Assembly (NCBI GenBank): GCA_964016885.1
Contig: OZ024745.1
Span: 70,680,001 to 70,744,000 of the forward strand
Origin: Eledone cirrhosa
Taxonomy: Eukaryota
DNA: 64,000 nucleotides
Direction: 5' to 3'
Part shown: one piece after another, positions 27,951-43,911 of the stretch
How positions within the stretch are numbered: the first letter of the stretch is position 1
Layout of the letters: every line of letters starts with the position of its first letter
Position numbers and translations under genes: made by a program
Notes under the pieces: generated by a model
The model's database searches: none
What the model saw: the letters and a program-made list of their open reading frames with translations, nothing else
Told to the model about the DNA's origin: nothing

Positions 27951-27994
27951 TATATATGGTGCATTTTACTAATTCATACTCGATTACTCGATTA

Positions 27995-28094
<100 letters not shown>

Positions 28095-29270
28095 TAATCG
28101 AGTATGAATTAGTAAAATGCACCATGCTTTCGCTAAGAGTTTTTCGGACCCATGTATTCGCTACTAGATAAGCACGACGCCTCTCTCAGTCCCTTAATTC
28201 ACTGGATTCTAAGCTGTGTGACTGAGAAGGTGACAGGGCTACCCAGGCAATAGGCTGGTACTCTTCATAATTGACACAGAAAGAACGAACATGAAATTGG
28301 ACCTCAGTGACATTTGAACTCAAAGCACAAAAAAAAACTTAACAAACTTCCAACACGCGAACGACTCTGACAAATTAAACCCAGAGAAGTTTAACTGCTA
28401 AATTATTAAAGCAAGGGGATTGATACTCTATTGATTGAATATCTGAAACGTTATTAAGCTGAATAATCGATTCTATCAATAAAGTCATCCATAATAAACA
28501 GTGTTAAGTGTTTGACATCACTATCAGTTCGTTCTCCATATAGTTTCATTTATACACATGGAAGACATGATACCGTTTAATAATAGATAGACATGATATA
28601 GTTTATTATACATAGATCAATGCACTGGATTGAAAACACAATAAATTGTACATTAGTTTGTTTTTGACGCCTTTTGTTATGTCAACTAATCGTAGATTAA
28701 ATGCAGTCATGTTTGAGAGTCCACAATGAGTCAATATGAAAATTATATAATGAGGTCATATGCTATGACAATGATGCTCTGTTTTACCATACATATCACC
28801 AGTGTATATATCTACATTCTATTTACTGATGAAGCTCTTGCTAAACACGGATGAATATTTATAATTAACATTATTCGGTTTCTGGGTTTCAATAAACAAT
28901 CTCAGCCGACTCGAACTCCGACGATCCTCTTAGAATCGAAGGCTAAAACTGGTTGTGATTATGCTGATGGTGATAACAATGTCTGCCCTCATAAATCAGT
29001 TGTCTTTTTCTACAGAAAGAAAAAACGTAGAATTATAAAAGTCTATCGTGTCAAAGAGGGAGGTTTTAGCTAGTTGCTTGACATGCTAGTAGTGGCAACC
29101 AAAATCTTCAAAAGATAATAGCTAACTACTTAAGTTAATACAAATACACAAGATATTTTTAAATAAACATGTGTGCCACTCCTTAACGCCTTTAGCAATT
29201 AAAAATAATAAATGTATATGCATATGGAAATATGCACACACACACACACATGTGGAAAGACGCATTTAAA

Positions 29271-29323
<53 letters not shown>

Positions 29324-29374
29324 TTTATATATATATATACATTAATTTAGATATGTCTTTGCACATATAAGTTC

Positions 29375-29463
29375 GCATAGCTGACGAGATGTCGAAAAAG
29401 CGTCGGGCCCCGTCACCTTGATTGTACCCTGTGCTGATCGATATCGAAACAATTGTAATGTGC
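29375..29463 (+). ncRNA. Hammerhead ribozyme with a large loop on stem II
   Basis: gcatag-CTGACGA-gatgtcga-(~40 nt)-tcgatatc-GAAA-caattg-TA-atgtgc, then AATAAA. Confidence 0.75.
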
Positions 29464-29622
29464 AAATAAAGTTTGTACATATGCTGCAACACTGACTTCA
29501 ACTTTTTAAAATCTATTTACACTCTGCACATACAGCCGTAACACTAGAATACAGCCCAAACGAAACGGACCTCTTAACACCATCAAGTGCTTCGAACGAC
29601 TGTAACTATTGTTGCACACCTA

Positions 29623-29701
<79 letters not shown>

Positions 29702-29750
29702 ATTATATATACACATATATGTGTGTGCGTAAAATTTCATTTATATAATA

Positions 29751-29842
29751 CAGGGTGTTCCCAAAAACTGTTACATGTACTAGCAATATTTATTAGCATT
29801 AGAATGCTGTTGAATTGTGTATACATTTTTGGGGACACCCTG
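29751..29842. mobile_element. ~95-bp Tc1/mariner-type MITE
   Basis: TIRs CAGGGTGTTCCCAAAAA / TTTTTGGGGACACCCTG with TA flanks; copies at 52358-52458 and about 63030-63129. Confidence 0.85.
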
Positions 29843-29888
29843 TATATACATAAATACACATATATATATATAAATGTATGTATATATA

Positions 29889-29960
<72 letters not shown>

Positions 29961-30003
29961 AAATATTTACAAATATATATATATATATATTTACCAAATA
30001 TTT

Positions 30004-30044
<41 letters not shown>

Positions 30045-30049
<5 letters not shown>

Positions 30050-30132
30050 GTTTCTAATTTAGGCCAGCAATTAACCAGTGCATTACTGGTACTTTATTTT
30101 ATCGACCCCCGTAAAGATGAAAGGCAAAGTCA
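30045..30132 (-). mobile_element. Partial SINE family 1 copy
   Basis: Reverse-complement match to the 3' half of 9584-9770. Confidence 0.8.
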
Positions 30133-30552
30133 ATAAATGGAAACTATATTTATAAAACCATATTTATTTCATTATACATATCTGAAGGGCCACCAAGGCA
30201 AAGTATGGTGCGCTTTCATCAAATAAAATATAATATAGGTTAGTTTTATAAATAAATATTGACATACCCTGAAAAAATGCAACCATCTGGTTGGAATCTC
30301 CTGGATAGATTGTTTCAGGTTATGTCAATATTTGTTTATAAAACTAACCTATATTATATTTTATCTGATAAAAGCGCACCATAGCTTGCCTTGGTGGCCC
30401 TTGAAATATGTACAATGAAATAAATATGGTTTTATAAATATAGTTTCCATTTGTTAATATATTGTATATTTACTCCAATAATTTGTTGAGTGCTTTATAT
30501 CAGTAATAAAAATATTTTGCTTGTTGTATCCCAAAAAATTAAATATAACCTC

Positions 30553-30556
<4 letters not shown>
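30132..30556 (+). mobile_element. Fold-back element with a degenerate hammerhead and bulged hairpin
   Basis: ~147-bp inverted arms 30132-30278/30309-30455; CTGATAA...GAAA-tatg-TA at 30365-30412; tail end also present at 37741-37783. Confidence 0.75.
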
Positions 30557-30588
<32 letters not shown>

Positions 30589-30809
30589 TAAATTTTAATA
30601 TATATATATAGTTACTTGTAAATATTTGGTAAAGATTTTTTAAATATATCTGTAGAAGTGTGTCTGTGTATATCAAAGAACACGTGTAATCATTCAGATG
30701 CTACTATAGAGACGAATATTTACGTGTTTTGAATCGTAAAATAAAACCGGTAATGGTTGGGACGATGACGGAGGATTGTGTGTGGGAGGGGAGGAGTGAG
30801 AGGCAGTTT

Positions 30810-31005
30810 GATGATGGTAGTGGTGGTGGTGGTGGCGGTGGTGGTAATGGTGGTGATGGTGATGGTGGTGGTGGTTGTGGTGGTGGTGGTGATGGTGGTG
30901 GCAGTGGTGATGGTGGTGGTGGTGGTGGTAGTGGTGGTGCAGGTGTAAAGCTGGTGATTTTGGTAGTGGTGGTGCTGGTGACGGTACTAGTGGTGCTGGT
31001 CGTGC
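30810..31005. repeat. (GGT)n-rich trinucleotide repeat
   Basis: Degenerate GGT/GAT repeats. Confidence 0.9.
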
Positions 31006-31020
31006 AGATGTGATGATGAT

Positions 31021-31206
31021 AATTGTTTCTACTTTAGGCACAAGGCCTGAAATCACCCAGTGTATTACTGGTACTTTATTTTATCGACCCCGTAAGGATG
31101 AAAGGCAAAGTTAACCGCGGCGAGATTTGAACTCAGAATGGCAAGGGCCGTAACTCTATGCGTCAAAGCATGGCGTCCGAGCCTCAACCGATACTGCCAA
31201 TCCACC
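31021..31206 (-). mobile_element. SINE family 1, full length, with TSD
   Basis: Reverse complement of 9584-9770; TSD ATGTGATGATGATAAT at 31008 and 31207. Confidence 0.92.
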
Positions 31207-32083
31207 ATGTGATGATGATAATGATAGTAAGACAGATATGATAATGATGGTGTCGGTGGATGCACTCGTGGTGCTGCTGCTGATGGTTGTGTTAATAGGT
31301 TGGTTGTGGTGAGGTAGGAGTTGGTGGATTGTGTAGTGGCTTTGGTGGTGAAGGTAGTGGTTGTGTGTTAAGGTGGTGGTGGAGGTGGAGGTGGAGGTGC
31401 AGATATGGTTGTGAATGAATACGAGAAGTGTCGTACTGAATCTAGTAAGTGTGATCAAATATGCATCAGTTGTGTGTGTATGCATGTGCATGTATGTATG
31501 TGTGTGTGTATGTGTGTGTGTGTGTGTGTGCGTAGCATATAAAAATGATACGTGCTGACTTTAATGTGTCTATGTACGCTGAAGCATGCATCTGCATTAC
31601 TATATGAGTATGTGTCAGTGCACGTGTTTGAGTAAATGTGTGTATGCCAGAGACAGAGGGAGGCAGAGAGAGAAAGATAGATACACAAAGGGAGAGACAG
31701 ATAGGCAGAGGGAGAAAATGATAGAGAGAGTAAGGTTGTGAGTGTAACAGAAACTGAACACTAACAAAGGAAAAGAGTGTGTGAGCTAATGCCGAAGTGA
31801 GAGAGAGAGAGAGAGAGAGAGAAGTATTTTTATTATAGTTGTTTTTAGTGAGAAATGCACCTACCAGCTAATATGTTGATGGCTGTGTGTATCAAAGTTA
31901 AAAATCCCTGCCCGTAGGCTATATGGAAATATAATCCTGCTCTGATTTACTGGCTTCGATTTTATATACGCACACACATACATACGCACATATATACGTA
32001 CATAAGACACACACACATACACATATATATATATATAAATAAATATATATATATATATATATACACATATATATATATATATT

Positions 32084-32114
<31 letters not shown>

Positions 32115-32694
32115 CGCACCCCTCACACTTTCGTTCTCCTTCTAATAGGAGAAAGTACTTACAGTATGATGTATGTGTTGTGGATTTTTATAGGTGTAAA
32201 ATAAGACAAATATAAGAGATATGTGGAGTGTGTAAACGTGTGAACCTTCTGTGTGGAGGCAGGGAGGAAATGCTACTATTAATAATAATATTAACAATAA
32301 TTGTAATAATGTTGGTGATGATGATGAGTCCCACCCTAAGTTTGTGAACTTAGTGGTGGAATATGTGCAAAATATATATCATTAACTATGAAAATATTCT
32401 AATGCTGGCAATCCCTTCAGTCCGGTTTCGTAAGAGATCAACAACAATAACATCAACAACAACAACATTACATACATTTTCCCAGGGATTATGGTAGTGG
32501 TTGTTGATACCAACGTTCGTTTCGTGGTTATTCCTATTTCTTCTCCATCTCTTTCTTATTCTTATTCTCCTCCGTCTTCTGCGTGGTGGACTAAAGATAC
32601 ACAAAATGTATTTTCGGTTAGGGATAACCTCATACAACCTTGCCAATGGTTTTGTTATTATCACCAAGTGTATTTATTAACACTTTCCAACTAA

Positions 32695-32741
32695 ATGAAG
32701 AGGCGACTGTCGATTGCTGCGGCCGCCACAGCCGATCCTGG
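32695..32741 (+). CDS. Possible first coding exon of an unidentified host gene (MKRRLSIAAAATADP(G))
   Basis: ATG-initiated GC-rich patch in non-repetitive sequence ending at a strong donor GG|GTAAGA; no homology recognised. Confidence 0.3.
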
Positions 32742-32943
32742 GTAAGATGATTGTTTTTACTCTACCTATTGATAAATTTAACTTTATATCTTATTTCTTT
32801 GTGTACCTATGCATATGTATATGGTTATATGTATACAGTTGATGTTTACATGGAGATAGCGGCTGGAACTTTCATCGGGAGTACTTACATATTATTTATG
32901 AGGACCAGGTTATTGTATTTTGGGCCTCTAGCTTTTATTCGCC

Positions 32944-33031
<88 letters not shown>

Positions 33032-33094
33032 ATGTAGTTACCTGTGCGTGTATAAGTCTGTACACATATATATATATATATAAATATATATATA

Positions 33095-33207
33095 GTTTAG
33101 CGAGGTTTTTTATATGAAATCGTGTGTCGAAACAAATATTGTTATACTTGGGGAGGGTCATATATTAATTCTGGCAATATTACACAAATATGACCCTCCC
33201 CAAGTAT

Positions 33208-33212
<5 letters not shown>
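33095..33212 (+). mobile_element. Ultra-short PLE insertion (5' tag, inverted terminus, terminus)
   Basis: 3' end ATTAATTCTGGCAATATTACACAAATATGACCCTCCCCAAGTATAACAA matches 46143-46191; inverted copy at 33137-33163. Confidence 0.8.
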
Positions 33213-33254
<42 letters not shown>

Positions 33255-33512
33255 AAAAGAGTAAGGACCCCAGGACCCCAACGGCTGAGTTCTGGCCGTT
33301 TCGACAGCTAGATATAATGTATGTATATATATATGTATATATATTTATATACATAAAGATATGTGTGTATATATACCATAAATAAATGCGAGTGTGGGTG
33401 AGCGTGTGTGTATGTGTATCTGTATTTCCAATATTCTTTGCAAACTTTATTTATGCAAAAGAATGTAGAGAGCATGATAACTATTTTTCTAATAAAAATA
33501 ATGAAATAATAA

Positions 33513-33549
<37 letters not shown>

Positions 33550-33639
33550 CACATATATAGATTCATACATATATATATGTATATATAAATACACACATAC
33601 ATACATATATGTCTACATGCACATATATATATATATGTA

Positions 33640-33706
<67 letters not shown>

Positions 33707-33791
33707 ATAATAATAAATGCGAGTTATTCTTCATTCTTTTAATATATATATATATATATATATATACATACATCGATGCCTCATTCATATG

Positions 33792-33849
<58 letters not shown>

Positions 33850-34369
33850 TGCACATTATACGCATGGGTGCATCTATTCATGGACGCGTGGATGTAAATC
33901 TATATGAATACATATACGTGTACCCGTGTGTGTAGTTATGAGACGTGTAAGTATTTACAAATAGAAATATATATATATATAAATATATATATATTTATAT
34001 ATATTGTGTGCAATCCTACAGGTCATGAAATGCACCGTTGCATTTGTACAATTGTTGCTCAACACTTCAGAGAAATACTAAAGGCCAATGCAGGCATTAA
34101 ACTAACAGAACTAAATTGATGTAGAAGCATTTCTTGTATACCAATCTTGTATGATGTATTCACTCGTAGATTCATATCATACTTTTACTAATTATTCACT
34201 CATTACATGCATACTCATTTATACTTGCTTGTAAACATACATATATATATATATATACATATATGTAAATATATATATACATATTAAAATATAAGTATTA
34301 ATAAAATAGATGCTCTTTTGATCAATTACAAACATATATATATATATGTAAATATATATATATATATAC

Positions 34370-34640
34370 ATATTAAAATATAAGTATTAATAAAATAGAT
34401 GTTCTTTTGATCAATTATATTTTATTATACATATTTCGGATGTACAACAGTACGTCCTCATCAGAGAAAATATAATGATACATGACATACCCATGACATA
34501 CCCTGAGATGTTAAATGGTTAAGATTTAATCAAGGTAATATTAATAACTCCAGAAAATAATTTTTTTTACCGTTGAGTGCTTCCAATCTACTGTAAAACT
34601 CATTCTTTGACATAATCATTGAATATTGTTTAACACTTTA
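34370..34640. mobile_element. Short element with a minus-strand hammerhead core and a plus-strand tail
   Basis: Minus strand CTGATGA-ggacgtac(tgtt)gtacatcc-GAAA-tatg-TA at 34428-34464 (stem I lost); hairpin at 34547-34578; ends in (TA)n. Confidence 0.6.
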
Positions 34641-34716
<76 letters not shown>

Positions 34717-34822
34717 ATTTCTATGTATATATATATATATATATATATGTTTGCATATATATATATATGTATATCCATATATACACGCACACACACACTA
34801 ACACACTCAACACACATGCACA

Positions 34823-34925
<103 letters not shown>

Positions 34926-35224
34926 GGATACTCATAATCTAGATAGTATATCAAATTGTATTTACAAGTTGTGAATATGTGATTCTTCCTATTCACAATT
35001 AATTTATCTACCTTGTGTCACCCTATAAGCATCACCTGCCAATTAGAATCGTCAGACGAATAATTACAATGCCATACAACAGCACTGTGGCATGAGGCGT
35101 ATACACACGTCAATATGTACGGAGGAATAATGTTGACACACATATATATAAATACACACACACACACATGTGTACACGCATTAGTGGTAGGGAAATTGAT
35201 TTATAATATCAATTTTAATGTAAG

Positions 35225-35258
<34 letters not shown>

Positions 35259-35468
35259 CTTTGGGCGGGCCATCCTGTCAATTACAACACACGCATCTAT
35301 TGGCTTTCACTTCAATTTACATAGGTTTTCTGACAGAAAAGAAATCTCGCAAAACAAATTCAAAAATGAATTATATATATATATATTATTATTATTATTA
35401 TATTCTACTCCTGTAGAAGTCATTTCTATTTATATATAAATATATATATATCTCACTAGAAATTCATT

Positions 35469-35508
<40 letters not shown>

Positions 35509-35747
35509 TAATATGTCGCATGTCTCTCTGACATGAAACCCTTAATTCAATTTTGGATATATATATATATATATATTCATTTCATTAGGGAAATAATTTC
35601 TACGGGACTAGAACTGTTACATTCGTAAGAAATCATCAAGAAATACATACATATATACACACATCTATACATATGTGTGTGTTTGTGGATATATATGTTG
35701 TTATATTTGTGTGAATTTGCAACATGGTTGGCTTATGTAGTTCCTCG

Positions 35748-36550
35748 ACATGGTGCGTTTATACCCACATGGTGTGTTTATACACCATATGGTGTGTTTA
35801 TACACCACATGGTGTGTTTATACCCACATGGTGTGTTTATACACCTCATAGTGTGTTTATACACCAAACGGTATGATTATATAACACATGGTGTGTTTTT
35901 ATACCACATGGTGTGCTTATACACCACATGGTGTGCTTATACACCACATGGTGTATTTATACACGACATAGTATGTTTATACCCATATGGTGTGTTTATA
36001 CCCACATGGTGTGTTTATACACCCCATGGTGTGTTTATACACCACACGGTATGATTATATAACACATGGTGTGCATATACACCACATGGTGTGCATATAC
36101 ACCACATGGTGTGCTTATACACCACATGGTGTATTTATACACGACATAGTATGTTTATACCCATATGGTGTGTTTATACCCACATGGTGTGTTTATACAC
36201 CCCATGGTGTGTTTATACACCACACGGTATGATTATATAACACATGGTGTGCATATACACCACATGGTGTGCATATACACCACATGGTGTGCTTATACAC
36301 CACGTGGTGTATTTATACATGACATGGTATGTTTATACACGACATGGTGTGTGTATACACCACATGGTGTGTTTATACACCACATGGTCTGTTTCTATAC
36401 CGCATGATATGTCTATACACCACCTGGGATGATTATACACTACATTGTATGTTTACGTACTCTCTGGTATTTTTATCAAGCTGGTGTCTTTATACACCAG
36501 CTGGTGTGTTTAAACTCCACTTGGTATGATTAGCTACTACATGGTGTTAC
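35748..36550. repeat. Minisatellite with a ~20-bp unit (CCACATGGTGTGTTTATACA) and a 178-bp higher-order repeat
   Basis: About 40 units; blocks starting at 35987 and 36165 are near-identical. Confidence 0.95.
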
Positions 36551-37350
36551 TGTGTTACAATTTTACAAGAAGGTAAATTTTAAATGTCTGCATAATTAAA
36601 TTGTCATTATATATATATAAAAAGCCATCAACAAGGATTATTCTGCACTATCAAACGAAAGAAAATGTGAGTATGTATATTATAAATAGGCCCATTATCT
36701 CTGAATTATTGAGAGGTGTTGCTACGTTGTGGCCTTTGAGCATTTAAAACACTATAAGCACTTTAATTTCGAAGATACATTATCACTAAGTAAGAAATCA
36801 ATATTGGCTTCATCACAGTAAATGTGAAATATGCCAGGAAGAATGTTGTAAACGTCACAATTATTGCTTAAACGTCACAGAATCAGTAATCTTTTCTGTT
36901 GACACTCCCTATATATGTCAATCAATTCAGCATTTTCTGCACCGATGTACATGAATAACTAGATAATGATTTTTCCTACTAGTGGTCAACTGGAATTTTA
37001 TTCTAGAATGAAGGATCCTTCATCGGTTTCGACGTTGAACATTCAATTGATCGTGACAGATTATAAGAGGTTTGAATGCCAAGAAAGCTTTTACATATTA
37101 GCCAAGATAAAAGCAAATTTATTAAATTAAAAATAATTTAAAAGAATGTTGTGGCCCTTCTACATCAAGTATTCTGTATATAGTTAACACAGACATGACA
37201 GAGTGGTGAGGAGATCCGATTTGAAATCTAGCAGGTGGCTTTACCATTGCGGAGACAGGAACCGTGTGGAGACTCACCATATAGATTATACGTAAAATTC
37301 TAATGCTCAGCCCTATTACATATTGTGTGATGTTGATTTAGCTTGGGAAT

Positions 37351-37529
37351 AATTGTTTCTACGTTTGGCACAAGGCCAGCAAATTTACCAGTGTATTACT
37401 GGTACTTTATTTTATCGACCCCGTAAGGATGAAAGGCAAAGTTTACCTCGGCGTGATTTGAACTCAGAATGGCAAGGGCCGTAACTATGCGTCAATGCAT
37501 GGCGTCCGACCCTCTACCGATACTGCCAA
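37351..37529 (-). mobile_element. SINE family 1 copy
   Basis: Reverse complement of 9584-9770. Confidence 0.9.
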
Positions 37530-37779
37530 AATGTTGAAGGGAGACATACTTGTGAAACATTCAAGCACTTACACGTTAATTAACGTGTTGGAGAGCTCAG
37601 GCAATCGAAATTTTGTTGGATCCATCATTCTATATATATAGAGAATAGAAAACGAGCATAGAGTGCTCAACCGGCATATCGCCTATGGAAGCATCTTAGC
37701 TACCATCAGACACACACACATATCTATATATATATATTATATTTTGCTTGTTGTATCCCAACAAATTAAATATAACCTC

Positions 37780-38530
<751 letters not shown>

Positions 38531-38586
38531 TATATTTGCTAGCATAGGTATGCATCTGTATATATATGTTGGTAGATATACTAATT

Positions 38587-38660
<74 letters not shown>

Positions 38661-38874
38661 TTATATATATTTATATATATTTATATTTAAATATATTCAT
38701 ATATACATATACACACATATATAATATATATATATATACATATAGTATCCGCTAAGGTGAAACAATTGTGTTCGGTCTAGTGAACTAACTGTTGAATTAC
38801 CACTTCTACCTAACTCTTCCCATGGACTTAGTGCTCTACCACTACGGATATTACCTGCCAGTTTTCTACCACTA

Positions 38875-39960
<1,086 letters not shown>

Positions 39961-39973
39961 ACATCAAAAGATC

Positions 39974-40161
39974 GTTAAAAGAGTTCCATGTATTTTATTA
40001 TGCGCATTTCAAAAACAAATATCATCATGGGATGATGTTTGTTTTTGAAATGCGCATCATAAAATACATGGAACTCTTTTAACTTTATATTATTTATACT
40101 CCAGTCCTATAAACTGTTGAGTGCTACTTATCCGATATTTGCATTGCTTTATTGTGCTACA
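39974..40161 (+). mobile_element. Fold-back short element whose hairpin turn lies inside the hammerhead core
   Basis: Palindrome 39974-40083 turning at CATC-ATGG-GATG; GATGA...GAAA-tgcgca-TC; hairpin at 40098-40122. Confidence 0.65.
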
Positions 40162-40191
40162 ATAAAACTCACCTCCTACGTTATATATATG

Positions 40192-40276
<85 letters not shown>

Positions 40277-40554
40277 ATATATATATGTACTTATATATAT
40301 ATTTATATATATATATATATACCTATATATATATATATATATGTACCTATATATATATATATATACCTATATATATATATATGTACTTATATATATATTT
40401 ATATATATATATATACCTATATATATATATATATATGTACCTATATATATATTTATATATATATATATATATATGTACCTATATATATATTTATATATAT
40501 ATATATATATGTACCTATATATATATATATTATATATATATATATATATGTACC

Positions 40555-40586
<32 letters not shown>

Positions 40587-40667
40587 TATATACATATATA
40601 TATACATACATATATATAGGTATATATATATACATACATATATATAGGTATATATATACATACATTT

Positions 40668-40767
<100 letters not shown>

Positions 40768-41606
40768 AATGTCGATATTAATGCCGTTCCATTAATAAAT
40801 GGAAGACATTTGATATACCTCTACTCTGTTGGCGTGTTATCGATTCTACACATTTACACATCACCCATTGAGTTCTATATCAATATTGGTCCACTTGCAC
40901 TTTTTAGTGAGCCTACTAATAGCATGCCTGCGTAGAGAGCTATATATATATATATATATATATATCAAGTATATATACATATATACCTATATATATATTT
41001 ATACAAACATATACACACACACAATATTTGTATGTATGTATATATATATATATATATAGCCATGGCTGTTAAACGCCCTATCAATAAACGATCCCAGTCC
41101 AACGCTATTCCAGAACTTATGAAATGGCGTCAATATGTCCAAATTCGACCTAATCTTCTCTATATATAGAGCGAGAGTACACAAAAGATAAAGTGGAAAG
41201 CTAATCACGAAACTGTTATTAATTACTGGTACGAAGATGATATACATAGATGCATACATACATATATACATGTATACATATGTACGTATATATGATATAT
41301 ATATATAAATATATATATAATTCAGTAAGGAGGTTAAATGATGTTAATGAGGATGATGGTGACGTAATGAAAAATGATAAAACCTAATTTTGATCACATG
41401 TAAAATTTATTAATGGAAAACCTGTTAACTGTTTACTGGCAGCTGATGGTGATCTAAATTTTTAAAATAAGGGTTAAGTCGTATTATCTCAGCTTATCTC
41501 TATGTAATCAATATTGTAAACAAAGCATTATAGAAAACACATGTTTTAACATATTTTGGGGTCGCGTTGAATTGTTTAACATTATATCTATATATATATA
41601 TATAAC

Positions 41607-41642
<36 letters not shown>

Positions 41643-41667
41643 ATATATATATATATATATTATATTT

Positions 41668-41853
41668 AATAAAGAAAGTGTGGTAAAAAACAGGTGGACC
41701 ATAACGAACCAGAGTACTCGTTACTTAGTGTAGTAGAGTTAGTAATAGGAAAAGAATCAAGACCACGACGGCTGAGCTCCGGCTGTTTCGACAGCTAGAT
41801 CCAACAGCGTTGGAAACGCCCTGAGTTCAGCTGTCTGGATCTTGACTATTTTC

Positions 41854-41856
<3 letters not shown>
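41668..41856 (-). mobile_element. Family A short element
   Basis: Matches 48388-48589 and the reverse complement of 191-395. Confidence 0.8.
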
Positions 41857-41944
<88 letters not shown>

Positions 41945-43318
41945 CCCAGTTGAGCTCTTTCATTTATGTTACATTCTTTTTATCGATTATGGTTTCAGTC
42001 GTTAGTAAAAGAAAACCACATGTAGGTTAATATTGTTGTACAAAAATTAAACCTGTAAATATATAAACAAGATGGCCAAGGCAAGAATTGGTTTTGTTTG
42101 TAGAACTGTTCAAACAAAATTGACCTCGAGCTAAATAACTGCAATCTTACCAATAAATTCCACCTTATATGTGACAATTTCTTACATGTGTATATAATAA
42201 TCTAGCTGTGTCACACATATCGACCTCATTTCTTATTTCAGTATAAACAATATTATCGTTAAGTTACAAATATATGAGAAGGCTACAAAACGAAATCATT
42301 TTACCTTGTTTAAACCCTTTCTAGCTGTGAAGTCTTCTATTTCTAGCAGGCAGAAGGCCCACATTATGGATTCCTCATTGTCTCGTACTTTATTATTTAC
42401 GTTAATATTTACCTTGTTATTCAGTCACAAGTCAACAGTGATTGAGCAGACATGTGTTCGTAGACGTCTCCTCAAGAGAATCCCTTTATTATTGTTCGAA
42501 ACAGTGCATTTAAGACAACATTATTCAATGTGTTCTGCATTCTGTTAAAAAAGGCAAAGTGCAATTTTAATGAGATTTAGCTACTATTTCTAGCAGGTTA
42601 GACTGCCGCTATGAATGATGTCTTGGTTCGTAGTGTTTGTCGATGAAATTCATTAAACTATGTGATTATGATATTTATTAACCTTGAGATCACATGTTAT
42701 TGTGATGCTGATATGTAGGTGTGCCACATACATGACTTATTACTGTGACACTGAGGTAACATGTAGCTGTGAAAGCCAGCGGTAGATATCATATATATAT
42801 ATATATATATATATATTGGGTCAGCTGTGACACACATGCGTTTTATTAATCTTGAGATGGAATGTGTATATGTGACACTGAGATGACATGTAGCTGTGAC
42901 ATCTAAACTAGGTCGCATGTGTCACACAGACATTTCTTACAATTTTCAAATATTTCTCAATATTCCCTCCCTGCTATCTAGCCCTCCCCCCCTCTCTCTC
43001 TCCCCCTCTCTCTCCCTCTCTCTCTCTCTCTCATATTCACCTGAAGATGTTAATGCTTCGTACTGGGAGATGACACGATATTGTGTTAACACACAAAAAA
43101 AAATATATATATATCTTCATCATCATCGTTTACCACCCATCTTCCACGTGTGTATGTGATGCATTAGATACTGCACATTACAGTGCATCAATCTATTAGT
43201 AATGACATAAATAAATATATAGCCATACTCAATTATTCGGGGGGTAATATTAACCTCTCGTAGTGACCAGTCATATATAGTTCGAGATAGTGGTTTTGAA
43301 AATGTTACTTTTTTATAT

Positions 43319-43505
43319 AATTGTTTCTACGTTTGGCACAAGGCCAGCAATTACCCAGTGCGTTACTGGTACTTTATTTTATCGACCCCGTAAGGATGAA
43401 AGGCAAAGTTAACCTCGGCGGGATTTGAACTCAGTTCGTAAAGGGACGTAAGTGTGCTGCAAAGCATGGCGGCGTCTGACCCTCTACCGATACTGCCAAT
43501 CCACC
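43319..43505 (-). mobile_element. SINE family 1, full length
   Basis: Reverse complement of 9584-9770. Confidence 0.9.
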
Positions 43506-43644
43506 ATATCACCTCTTACTATGGTTGATGCATAACTATATATACTGTGACATTCCTCTGGTGTGTATATATATGAGTATATAATTTATTTGTGTACCTA
43601 TATGTGTCCATGTGTGCTTATATCTATCTATATATATCTATATC

Positions 43645-43800
<156 letters not shown>

Positions 43801-43911
43801 TATATATATATAGATATATATATATATAGATATATATATATATAGATATATATATATATAGATATATATATATATAGATATATATATATATAGTTTTGCG
43901 AGGTTTTTTAT

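Noticed and set aside
30694-31056. Poly-His and poly-Gly ORFs
   Set aside because: They come from a (GGT)n repeat plus a SINE tail.
35748-36550. CRISPR-like appearance of the palindromic repeat array
   Set aside because: Units are contiguous with no unique spacers, there are no cas genes and the context is eukaryotic.
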